A DNA stretch of 64,000 bases from Cyanophora paradoxa CCMP329 (taxonomy: Eukaryota; Plantae; Glaucophyta). The DNA is taken from contig QPMI01000526.1 in assembly GCA_004431415.1 (NCBI GenBank), positions 62,001 to 126,000 of the forward strand, given 5' to 3'. A program made the position numbers and the translations under genes. The notes under the pieces are model-generated. The model was given only the letters and a program-made list of their open reading frames with translations. It did no database searches and was not told the DNA's origin. Of the stretch, positions 1 through 10,072 are shown in pieces. The stretch's first letter is position 1, and every line of letters begins with the position of its first letter.

Positions 1-919
1 TCGCTTCGCGGACCCCGCGCACGCGGCCGCCGCCTCGCACCCCTTCCCGCCGCCCTGCGCCGACTTCAGGCTCTGCCGCCTGGAGCTCTCGGGGCGGGAC
101 CCGCAGCACGGCGAGACGCGCTCCCACCTCTGCCGCTACGGGTGCGATCCACCTTTGAAACCGATGAGCAGCCGTCCCTTTTTCGTAATCCATATATAAA
201 TCCGATTGGTATCGCATACATGGGTTCCATCACGTAGCCGTTGCCGACAAATCGCGAGCTCTCCCGTCCCTTCTGACCCTTCTCTCCCAGGTCCGGCTGC
301 CGGGAGATTGACGAGCCGTCGCACGCGCTGCGCTACCGCCACGTGCCCCTGCCGCCCTGCCCCGCCGGCCGCGCCTGCGACCGCACCCGCGACTGGCGCC
401 ACCGAGAGGTCCGCCCTTAGAAGAAGTTACTTAAGATAGATAGATTAGACGCCGCGAATTTTAAGGAGATGTAGCTTAGAATTTAGGTCTAAGGAGACTG
501 GCGCCACCGAGAGGTCCGCTCAGTCCTTAGAATTCGTGTTATTCGTCTTTGGGATCCTTCAAGCATCGAATTTCGTCCGGATGCATAAGATCTAGAGCGC
601 TTCCCCAGAGTTCCGCTCTGACCCCCCTTGCCCTTGCCCGCGCCCGCGCCCGCCCCGCCCCCAGGCCTTCGCGCATCGCGGCCGCCCAGACGAATTCTAA
701 GAAGCAGTAGCTTAAGATAGATTAGACGCCGCGAATTCTAAGGAGAAGTAGCTCAGAGTTAGAGGTCCGTTCTGACCCCTGTGCCCTCGCCCGCCCCTCC
801 CGCAGGCCTTCGCGCACCGGGGCCGCCCCGACGTGCTCATCCCGTGCCGCGAGGGCGCCGCCTGCAGCCTCCGCGACGACGAGCGCCACTGCAACGTCTA
901 CAAGCACCCGGACGACTGA
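1..919 (+). CDS. 3' end of a protein with tandem PBZ-type (C-x5-C-x7-H-x5-H) zinc fingers; partial, exons <2-141, 291-408, 806-919
   Basis: GT-AG splicing gives ...HLCRYGSGCREIDEPSHALRYRH-VPLPPCPAGRACDRTRDWRHREAFAH-RGRPDVLIPCREGAACSLRDDERHCNVYKHPDD*. That is three complete C2H2 units resembling APLF/CHFR PBZ fingers, plus the tail of a fourth (DPAHAAAASHP). TGA at 917-919. Confidence 0.75.
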
Positions 920-1111
920 TATATGATCGCGAAGAAGTAGGTAGCCTTGGACGGTATTATAATACAAGCCTATCTGATCGTGAAGAAGTATATTGTAATT
1001 AGGCCTGCCGCGAGGGCGCCGCTGGGCCCCGGGCCCTCCGCAACGTGTGCGCATGCGAGCGCCCTGACGACTGATCGTGGGCGCCACTGGCTCCAGTGGC
1101 TTGTATCGCGT

Positions 1112-1755
1112 TCTTGTTTTGGTGAATTGCCGGCCACAGTTTCTAGACAACAGCACTGCGGGGGCTGCCCAGGGGGCACAGGGACAACAGAAGCAAAATA
1201 TAGAACTGAGACAAGAGCACAAAGAACGACAAGACAAAGAGCCAAAATTTAGAGCGACAATAAAAGAAGAAAGACCCATATGCATGCCAAAGACAGATCT
1301 AGATCTAGAAGATCAAGAGCCCCCGCTCATAGCGGTGTGCCACGTTGGTTATCATATATATATATACACGCTTTCCAAGTCACACCGAGTCATGCCTCCC
1401 GAGTTCGAATCGCCCTGCGATGAGAATCTCGCCATCGAATCCCGCCCGTTCCATAATGTCGATCGATCATGCCCTACCGTACCTTGCCTGTACATGCCCC
1501 CACAATGCTGGAGTAGACTAGAGGCTGTGGCCGGTAATTCACCAAAAACACAATTCACCAGACTAGATCAAGATCTAGAGACAACAAGCGAACTGGAGAA
1601 AGACTGGGACCGAGCAGATTCATGATTTAGCGCGAGGACTGTTCCGAAAACTAGTACTATCGCTCAGCGGCTAGCATCAACACTACGATCAGAGCCAGAT
1701 ATCGATCGATAATGAACGTTAACTAAACTACTATAGTACAACGCGGAGAACCAAG
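1112..1755 (-). mobile_element. Degenerate copy of an A-tailed non-coding retroelement family (intact copy at 14117-14791), interrupted by a nested SINE
   Basis: 1117-1260 and 1630-1755 are the reverse complement of 14620-14790 and 14115-14210. Shared blocks include CAGCACTGCGGGGGCTGCCCAGGGGGCACAGGGACAA and CTAGCATCAACACTACGATCAGAG. Confidence 0.7.
1326..1552 (+). mobile_element. tRNA-Val(CAC)-derived SINE-like element
   Basis: Degenerate tRNA head at 1326-1424: acceptor-like pairing CTCATAGC/GCGATGAG, D-arm-like GGTGT..GTTGGTTATCA, anticodon loop TCACAC, B box GAGTTCGAATC (1401-1411). The 3' end CTAGAGGCTGTGGCCGGTAATTCACCAAAAACA matches the 3' end of the 14117-14791 element. AGATCAAGA at 1310-1318 and 1565-1573 is a possible TSD. 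Confidence 0.6.
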
Positions 1756-2052
1756 ACGGGATACAACCGCCAAAGCAGAAGACGAAGCAAGAGGCGGCGG
1801 CTCGGCACGAAGGTACAGGGCCGGAGGTCTGACGGTCCCGGTGTGTACCGTGCATGCGCAGCTTCACGCACTCGAGTAATCCGATCGGTCAGGTGCTGCC
1901 GTCCTCCGGATCCATGGGCCAGGCCCCGCGGTCCTGCGCATGCCAGGGCCCAATTGCAACGCCATTTTGTATGGAGCCTTGATAGAAACGGGTGCCGGCA
2001 AAGCGGCTTGACTTTTCTTTTGAATATTACGTTTACATTTGGGGGTTGCAGT

Positions 2053-2294
2053 TCTATAATCATATATAGCTATTGCATGCAAGGCAGAATAACCGACAGA
2101 AACAAGATAAGTGCGACACAAATTACGTTTACGGCAGCGCTAGCTTACAATCAGCACAAAAGACGGCAGCTTACTATAATAACATCAGCACAAAGATGGC
2201 AGCTTACTATAATAAGAATAAATTTCTCTATAAAGATCATAGTCAGCGACTTGACAGGCTGACCACGAAAACACGTTTGCGAAGTTGGCGCTAG
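2053..2294 (+). mobile_element. Possible short Helitron relic containing a ~33-bp tandem repeat
   Basis: Starts TCTATAATCATATATAG and ends with an imperfect hairpin (CGAAAACACGTTTGCG) then CTAG|T. Two copies of ATCAGCACAAA(A)GAYGGCAGCTTACTATAATAA at ~2150-2215. The 5' flank is T rather than the expected A. Confidence 0.3.
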
Positions 2295-2661
2295 TAATAC
2301 GAAAATACGAGATTGCTCTCTTGTCAGAGCCGAGCCGGAGCCCGGCCGGCGGCAAGAAAAGGGGAGGGGAGGGGGGGGGGGGAAGGGGGGAGGGGGGGAG
2401 GGGAGGAATGCCTCCTCGGTGGGGGCCGGCGCCAAGAGGAACGGGGAAGGGGGGAGGGGGAGAGGGAGCGAGGCCCAAGGGGCCCAAGGGCCCAACCCCG
2501 ACCGGGACTCCGACCTCCCCCCCCCCCCCCCCGCCCGTCCGCCCGTCCGCCCGCGCGGCCGGAGCTCAAGCGTCCGCTGCCCTACCCCCCCCTCCACCCC
2601 TTAAGGAGCGGCCTCCGCCGCCCCCTCCTCCTCCTCCTCCTCCGCCTCCATCCCCCCCCCC

Positions 2662-5249
2662 TCAGAGGATGGGTACGTCGGAGCGGACTTGGAGGCCGCC
2701 GGCGTGGGCGCCCGAGGCGCGCGCGGCGGCCGCGAGGGCCCCCGGGAGCACCCCCAGGCCGGCGCTCGCGTCCAGCACCGCCCCGTGGAGCAGCCTGCGA
2801 TACGATCGGATCGGATTACTTAAGTTCGGATTACTTAAGTTCGGCTTACTAGCTTGGCTTAGCTTAGGTTGAAGTTAGTTAGTTATTTAATTAATAGATT
2901 GCTCGATCTTGCGAGAAGATGAGTTGGTTTCTCAATTGCACGATCTAAGCACTAAATTGAGTTTACTAGTAGTCAAACATAGTTTTAAGCTTGAGTTGAA
3001 CCTATACCTTCGCCTCTCCGGAGGCTTGAAGCCCGGATCCGAGATCGGGGGCGGGGACGGGGGCGGGGGCCGGGCAAGTGCCACGGCGCACCGCGCCCAG
3101 GTCCCGGGGCGCCTCGGCCGGCCGGCCAGGCTAACGGCTGCTCTAGAGACTCTCAATTCTATATTTAGATAGAATTCTAGAGCAGCTCAAGGAGCGTTCG
3201 TTCGGTCTGGTCTTCTCGGTAAGGTGCTTTTCTATCGAATTTAATTTAAATGAGGTATTTCTTATGACACTCAGGTCTTTTAGACATGATCCCATGATCC
3301 CTCGGAAGGCGCAAGGCGCACCGCGCCCAAGGGGCCTCGGCGAGGGTCCGGAGCATCGACGCGAGCTGCGGGGCGGGGCGGGGCGGGGCGGGGCGGGGCG
3401 GGGCGGGGAGGGGCGCGGTCAGCGGGCGGCCGGGCTGAGAAGAACGCGGTGCGGGAGCGGGGGGGGGAAGGAGGGGGGGATGGGGGGTGGGCGGGGCGGG
3501 GGGGAAGGAGGGGGGGGGGGATGGATGGGTAGATGGGGCAAGCGCGGCCGGCTCGTATGTAGGGGTCAGGGCTCTCGGCTATCCGTCACAGCGGCGGCGG
3601 CGAGGGGGCGGGGTTTGGGAACCGGGGGGGGAAGTGGGACGGGGGGGGTGGGGGACAGGGAGCAAGCTCCAGGGGGTACTCGTGCTCAGCGGAAGCCGAG
3701 GCTCAGAGCTATCCGCCCAGGAAGGGGGCGGGGCGGGGCGGGTCGGGGCGGATGGGGCGGGGGGGGGGGAAGGGGGAGGGGGGTACGGCGGCTTGCCTCG
3801 TCGGGCTGGATGAGGGAGCCCTTCGGTAGGGCCGAGCAGAACGCCTCCCGAGCCTCCGGGGAGGGGATACGCGAAAGCGTGCTCGCCTCCAGCATCGGCG
3901 TCTGAAAAAAAGATCAGGGAAGGGGGGAGAAGTTCGGAACGGAGGGGGGGGGTTACACCTCCGTGGCGCCCGGGCAGACGGCGAAGACGTGGATAGGCTC
4001 AGATACGAGCTCGGCCGCGAGCTGCTTGGCCATGAAGGAGAGGGCCGCTGCGGGGGGGATCAACTCAGATCAGATCGGATGGATCGAATCGGATCGGGCG
4101 GCTCATATCAGATCAGATGGGGGGGCGCGCCCTTGCTCATGCCGTCGGCGATGTGGAACCCCGGGAACTGGGTGATACCCCCGCCGACGGAGCTCACGAG
4201 AATGATGGTCCCGCACCTGCCGTACCCCGCCTGAGGGGAGGGGGTGAGACAGGGGGTACGGCCGCGCGCACCTACGCTCCCGCATCCCGGGGAGGAACTC
4301 CCGTACGAGCCACAGCGGGCCGACGGCGTTGCACTGCGAACGAAGCGCGGCCAGTTAGCTTCTTCTTCTCTCCCTCCGAGGAACAGAAACAGAGGGGACG
4401 GAGGAAGCCCGGATCAAATCTCGAATCCCCCCCCCGGGGGGGGGGGGGGGGGGGGGCACGCCATCATGAGGGCCTGGTCTTGCTCGTGGAGCTCCCGTGC
4501 CCTCTGGGCGACCGTCGCGCTGCGAACGAAGCGAAGCGCCGCGGCGTCAGTCAGCGCTCCGCTGAGGGCAGCCGCCAGGGCGGGCGGGCCGACCTTCCCA
4601 GCCCCGCGTTCAAGATGAGCACGTCCATTCCCTTGAGACCGATCTCGCGGGCGAGCTGGCGCACGGACGCGTGGTCGGACTGGTCCAGATGCAGGGAGCG
4701 GACGCGGGCCTGTTGTGAGCGAGCGCCCGGCCGAGTCAGCTGCCGCGTTCTGGAGGCCACGGCTAGCTAACAGCTAGGCAATAGCTACTATCGGTGTATC
4801 ACTGCGAGCAACCATTCCACCTGCTCGGCACCGACTACGTGGCGCCGATCGCGCATGCCCGAGCCCGGCGCACCGCTTCCTCGCCCAGGGACTGCACGAG
4901 GCGCTCCGATCGCTCGCGTCCCGTATTGTACGTGAAGAAGACGTCGTAGCTCCCATCCCGAGCGAACTCGCGCACCAGCGCCTCGCCCTGCCGAGGATAA
5001 GACGAGGAGGAACGGCAGCCCGGGCGTACGCACGACGCCGGATGAGCCGCCAGTGATGAGGACCCGCGTTCGAATGGGCTCCTGGTCCGACACTGACGAG
5101 GCGCGGGGCCTGAAGCTCGACTCGGTTGTGGCCTCGTTCTGCCTGAACGAGGCCGACCGGGGCGCGCCCGGGCCCAGGCCCACGCTCTGTCTCCACTGCT
5201 CCCACGCTAACGCGATATTCTTCGCCCGCTGCTCCTCGTCCACTTCCAT
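2662..5249 (-). CDS. Short-chain dehydrogenase/reductase (SDR), atypical active site, 9 exons
   Basis: Spliced product contains RVLITGGSSGVGEALVREFA (TGxxxGxG), DVLILNAG, CNAVGPLWLVREFLPGM, GTIILVSSVGG, ADGMSKAALSFMAKQLAAEL, VFAVCPGATETPM and LLHGAVLDASAGLG. Stop at 2664-2662. Confidence 0.9.
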
Positions 5250-5307
5250 TTTGCTTGCAATTGGGGTACAGATTTAAAGTGATGTTGTTTGGTACAGAGC
5301 TGGACTG

Positions 5308-5413
5308 GTGCGCGTACAACTACAGCAGCATGCAGCGTCCAACTGCCCCGTGGTCGACGACGGCTGCGCGCTCGACACGGCCGCCTCCAAGTGGACGAGC
5401 AATTGCAAGTGAG
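5308..5413 (+). pseudogene. Orphan, frameshifted copy of the 7011-7108 exon/donor of the neighbouring gene
   Basis: Near-identical to 7011-7108 (GTGCGCGTACAACTACAGCAGCA...GCCTCCAAGTGGACGAGCAA..GTGAG) with two small insertions. Lies ~60 bp upstream of the SDR ATG. Confidence 0.85.
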
Positions 5414-5499
5414 CGCGATGGATCCGGACGCCCCGGCCCGCGGGCCCGCGCGCGGCGCGGGCCGCCGGGCCGGGGCGTCCGGATCCATCGATCGCGCTC
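5411..5499. repeat. Long GC-rich inverted repeat (hairpin/cruciform)
   Basis: 5416-5440 is the perfect reverse complement of 5466-5490 (25 bp). Further imperfect pairing inside, and GAGCGCG/CGCGCTC outside. Confidence 0.9.
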
Positions 5500-6608
5500 C
5501 GAGGCTCGCCGCGCCGCCCTCCGAGGCTCGCGCCGGCGCCCCCCGACGCCGGCGTCGACGCCTGATGCCGATCGGCGGCGGCCGGGCCGCGGGGGCCGTG
5601 ACCAAATGAAAGCTTCCTTTACCCGGTGACCAGCGCATGTACAGCATGATTATAATTATATTATATATATGTACATGTGCAGCTGCGCGCATGCAGCCTG
5701 GCACTGCGGCAAGGCAAAGGAAATTTGGAAGGATAATTATAAGCTAGTACTACGGTACTAGTACTAGTACTATGCGCTATGATACTCAGGGGGCTTTCCA
5801 AGAGCTCGATCGCGAGTCGACCGTCGGACATCGCCAATAGTGTTAACATTAATATTATTAGTTGCGCGTGCGCATATGCATGCCCGCGCGCGGCTCCGCG
5901 CCGCGGCGCGCGGCCAGGGCGAGGCGCTGCGCCGGAGCGAACCTTGAAAATTTAATGTCGAGATCTAGATCTGGGAGATCTAGAGGATCCGGAGTCTCAG
6001 GGGAGCTCCCCGGCCCTCCCTCGGGGGCCCGGCAGTCGGGGAGCTCGCGACCGGAATCGGCGGGGATACCCCTTCTCATGATCAACTTGCAGCTGCAGGT
6101 TTCGAATTCCCGTCAGCCTCTCTCCGAGGCTCTCTATATATAGCTAGCCTATAGCCTATAGCTAGCTATAGAACCGGTAGTACGCCTCGGGCCTGTAGTA
6201 GGCTACCGGGTAGTACTACTAGTAGTATACGTAGCCAGTGCTTGTGGTGGATATCGATAACGATTAGCATGCGTAGCCCTAGTAGCGGACTCGAGCTCGC
6301 GATCGGCTCCACCGTATACTATGATACGTACGCGTGGCCGCTGGGCGCTGCCGGCCCGGCGGAGTCTCATCATGGCATGATCAGAGTCTGCCGCGCGCGC
6401 CAGTGCCCGCGGCCGTGGCCTGGCATCATGTACATGTGGCATGCACATGCATATGCATGTACATGTGGCCAGCGGCAACTTGGCAACTTCCCAGGCCAAT
6501 TGCATGCAAGGTTCAGACCGTTCAGCGGCGACTTCAGCCTCGGGAGTCGGGTCTCGGTTCCGGACTCCGGGAGGTTCATGGAGACGATGATTCGTCGATT
6601 AAGCCTTG

Positions 6609-6692
6609 ATCGTGAAAACTCAAGGTTAAAAAAATGCCGGGAAATTCGACTGCAAACTGAAATTCCCCCCGCCGGTAATTCACCCCCCAAAA
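6609..6692 (+). mobile_element. Possible very short A-tailed retro-insertion sharing the GCCGGTAATTCACC 3' motif
   Basis: Ends GCCGGTAATTCACCCCCCAAAAAA. Flanked by the direct repeat AAGCCTTG (6601-6608, 6693-6700). Confidence 0.35.
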
Positions 6693-6999
6693 AAGCCTTG
6701 TAACCGCCCGAGGCTCGGAGGAGCCGCTAAAGAGCCTAGCCTACTAGACGCTACTACTGTCACGCTAGCGCGTTGCAATTGGCGGCGTTGCGCAGCCAGC
6801 GGCCGCGGCCAGCGTCGACGTCCGACGGCCGCGGTCCCGCACGCGTGCTGTAGCTGGACCGTGCACGGTGCTCGCGTACGTATACGTGCCCTGGCCTGAT
6901 GAGCAATTTTAATATCGTTAGCGCTGTTGCAACCGCAAGCCCCTGGGCAATTGCAAGCTAAAGCTTAAGCAAGCGATCGACGCGAAACGAGCAGCGGCC

Positions 7000-8614
7000 A
7001 TGTCGAACCAGTGCGCGTACAACTACAGCAGCACGGCGTCCAACTGCCCTGTGGTCGACGACGGCTGCGCGCTCGACACGGCCGCCTCCAAGTGGACGAG
7101 CAAGTGAGTGATCGACGCCCCTGAGCCTTGCTATGTCTAGGCCTGGCCCAGTGGCCATGGCCTAGGTCTAGATCTGGCTGCACTGCGGCGTATATATATA
7201 CGAGGAGCTCGCGCGGTTTTCGAGGGCGGCCGGCCGCGGGCGCGCTTCCATGCGCTGTAATTTCTCGTCGACGTCTCACGCGTCCGAATTCGAAACAAAA
7301 CAGCGCCACCAATGACGGTGTCGTGGCTGTCCTCTGGCGCGGAACGACGGTGCGCGCTGCGCCACGCCATGCATATATATGGACGCGGCTGCGGCGCTCC
7401 CGCCGCCGCTTATGATAAAATGAGGCCCCCATGGCCACGCCGTTCGAATCGAACGTTTAATTTAAACGTATATGCTTACGCTCGGCGCTCGCGCCCTACG
7501 ATTTTCCAGTGCACGAACGGGACGGCCTCCTCCTCCACAAAGGTCAAGGCGCCCTGCAACGCCCTCAACGTGACGGGCTGCGACAGCGCCAACTTGGGGA
7601 ACGGCACGAGCAACGTCTACATTGGCGGCAAGGTCTCCATCACGTCGGGGAAGGAGCCTGCCAGCCTCTGCGGTGCGTGCTCATGGCCAGGCGCCCCCGG
7701 CCCGCTCCGCGCCGCGCCGTCCAGGCTCCGTCCCAAACTGATTCTCGGTCTGCGATCGGCCACCGTGCACGTGGCACGTGCACGTGCACTGTTACGCAAA
7801 ACAGTCAAGGCCGGGTGGAAGCTCACCGGCTTCGTGCGTGGTCGACGTTCTGATTTCATTTGAATTCGAATTTAATTCAACGCATCCGATGATCGGGCTT
7901 TATATAGCTAGCTGATCGCGAGCCTCTTATATTGATTACGTACCTGTTCTCAGAACTCGACCGGCACCAACCTGGGCTCCTGGAGCGGCGGTGCCAACGG
8001 CATGTGCTGGAGCTTCTCGAGCACCGACTCGGCCTATCAGAAGTGCGCCGAGATCGATATACATATTAAATTAGCCCCGTAGAATGATTTCGCGATAGAT
8101 GTCTTAAGCTTAATCTCACCGTGTGATCCACTCATGATCATGATCAGGGTCAAGTCCTACCAGCTCGCCAAGGAGTCGAACCTGCGCCTCGACGAGGCCC
8201 CCGCCGAGGTGGACGACGAGGTACGCCCCGTTCGAATCCAAAGATCGAGAATTAAATCAAATCTTGCGGGAGTCACTGCGGCTGAGTCAAATGAGATCTC
8301 AGTCTAGAGAAATATATAAAGGGCAAGCTTTCGTCCCGAAGTTCCTAGTCGCATGGAGTCACCCGGCGCCCGTGGCCAGTTCCAAGCGCGAAGCCCGCCG
8401 GGCCGAGCCCCTGCAGCCCGGCTCTATAATAATGTCCGACCGTCGGATCCCCGGACGGCGCCGGCCCCCTTCGAATTCGGTCTCAATTCCAACCTCTAAC
8501 TTTCCCCCCTCTCCTCAGCTCCTGCTGGAGGACGAGCTCGCGCTGGCCGCCCTCGACGACGGCGGCGCCGCCGAGGCCGCCGAGGCCGCCCTCGCCGCCG
8601 ACGCCGACTCCTAA
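7000..8614 (+). CDS. Small Cys/Ser/Thr/Asn-rich protein with acidic tail, possible beta/gamma-crystallin-like domain; 7 exons; true start may lie upstream
   Basis: Phase-consistent GT-AG exons give MSNQCAYNYSSTASNCPVVDDGCALDTAASKWTSNATNDGVVAVLWRGTTCTNG...EPASLCVKAGWKLTGFNSTGTNLGSWSGGANGMCWSFSSTDSAYQKVKSYQLAKE...AADADS*. Several N-x-S/T sequons. Confidence 0.75.
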
Positions 8615-9026
8615 ATACGATTTCAGCCATAGCTAGCTATATATATGCACGAAAGACTCTGAGACTCGAATGCGATCGTTAAGCAGACGCGTACGAAAGA
8701 CTCGAATGCGATCGTTAAGCAGTTACCGTAGTACTAGTGCACTATGGCACGTGTGCGATGCGCATGGCGAGCTATATTATGTGATCTCAAAGTAATATTA
8801 ATTGTACGACAATAGACACATGCCCTATGGACACTAGCGCTGAACACTGCTGAAATGTGCATAAACACTGAGATACATATAAAAATACTATGATATGTCT
8901 GCACTGCCTGCGAGCCGAGTGCAAGATCAAAACGGAGCACATACATCATGCATGCAGGGATCGAATCTAGATCGAGACAGCAACAAGTCATCAAGAACAG
9001 GGGAGAGGGCCGGCCGCGGCGAGCGG

Positions 9027-9703
9027 TCACGCCGAGGCCCGGCGGGCCACTGGAAAGACAGCGGATCGCGGGGGCGGCGGCTCCGACGAAGCCGTAGGGC
9101 GGCCGGCCCCCACCCACGCGTCCCGAAGCTCCCCCTCCGAGTGCCACGAGGCGACAAGCGTCAGCATCCTGCGAGGAGGGGAGGTGATGAGGAGGGGGTG
9201 GGGGGGGAAGAGGCGGAGGGGGTACACGCACCAAAAGGGAAGGATGCGGCCGAGGAGGAAGAGGGCGCGGGGTACGAATGCCGCCACGGAGGCGTACACG
9301 ACCAGGGAGAGGAGGAGGGAAACGGCCGTCCACGAGAATCGAACCCGCATCGTCACGAGCGAGAGCGGCGCCGCGCAGGCCGTGTGGACTACCCCCCAGA
9401 AGACCGCGCGCTCGGGGTACGGGACATCAGGGGTACCGCCGTGGAGGGGGGGTAGGGCCGCCAGGCTGGCCGCCGTCGCGCAGAGGACGGCTCCGGCGCA
9501 TGCATACTGCAGAGGGGTAATCAGATACCGAGCGGGGGGAGGAAAGGGGCTCATATGAAAGCGCGTCTGACCATGACCGCCCATCCCCGCGAGAAAATGG
9601 CCCGCCACAAGGCCGGTACGTACGCCATCGAGAGCAGCAAAGCCGGCGGGGCCGCCCCTACCCCCAGCATAGTGCCAAGCAGCTGCGTACAGCGCATCAG
9701 CCT

Positions 9704-9735
<32 letters not shown>

Positions 9736-10031
9736 ACGGAGGTGGAGAAGAAGGGAAGGGGGGGGTACGGATGACCTGGGCCGAGGAATGCGCGCCGATC
9801 TCGCGATGCAGGCGAACGTAGGCCACCACAGTTTGCTGCACCCCGCGTCGGACTCGAAAAGGAGATACGCGGCTCGTCGGGCGCGTTTTGGGGGGCGGGG
9901 GGTACCACGACGAAGGCGACGAGCAGGATGGCGGAGATGGGGAGGGTACGCGTGCGTGCAGTACCGACCCACCATCTCCGAAAGGCGTCCTCATCCCCCT
10001 GAGGCAGCGTCGGCTGGGAACCGGGGGCGCG

Positions 10032-10072
<41 letters not shown>

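Noticed and set aside
1326-1424. Functional tRNA-Val gene
   Set aside because: Insertions (a TA run, extra bases) and a broken T stem prevent a cloverleaf.
1117-1548. Apparent MITE with ~30-bp TIRs
   Set aside because: Better explained as two A-tailed 3' ends in opposite orientation: homology to 14117-14791 continues past 1548, and the inner segment has a tRNA-like head.
6895-6990. Hammerhead ribozyme (CTGATGAG ... CGAAAC)
   Set aside because: No convincing stems I-III around the core. The CTGATGAG at 34742 likewise lacks a downstream GAAA.
8734-8960. Minus-strand Helitron relic (CTAG|T with a weak hairpin)
   Set aside because: The hairpin is degenerate with no clear 5' end; equally consistent with 3' UTR between convergent genes.
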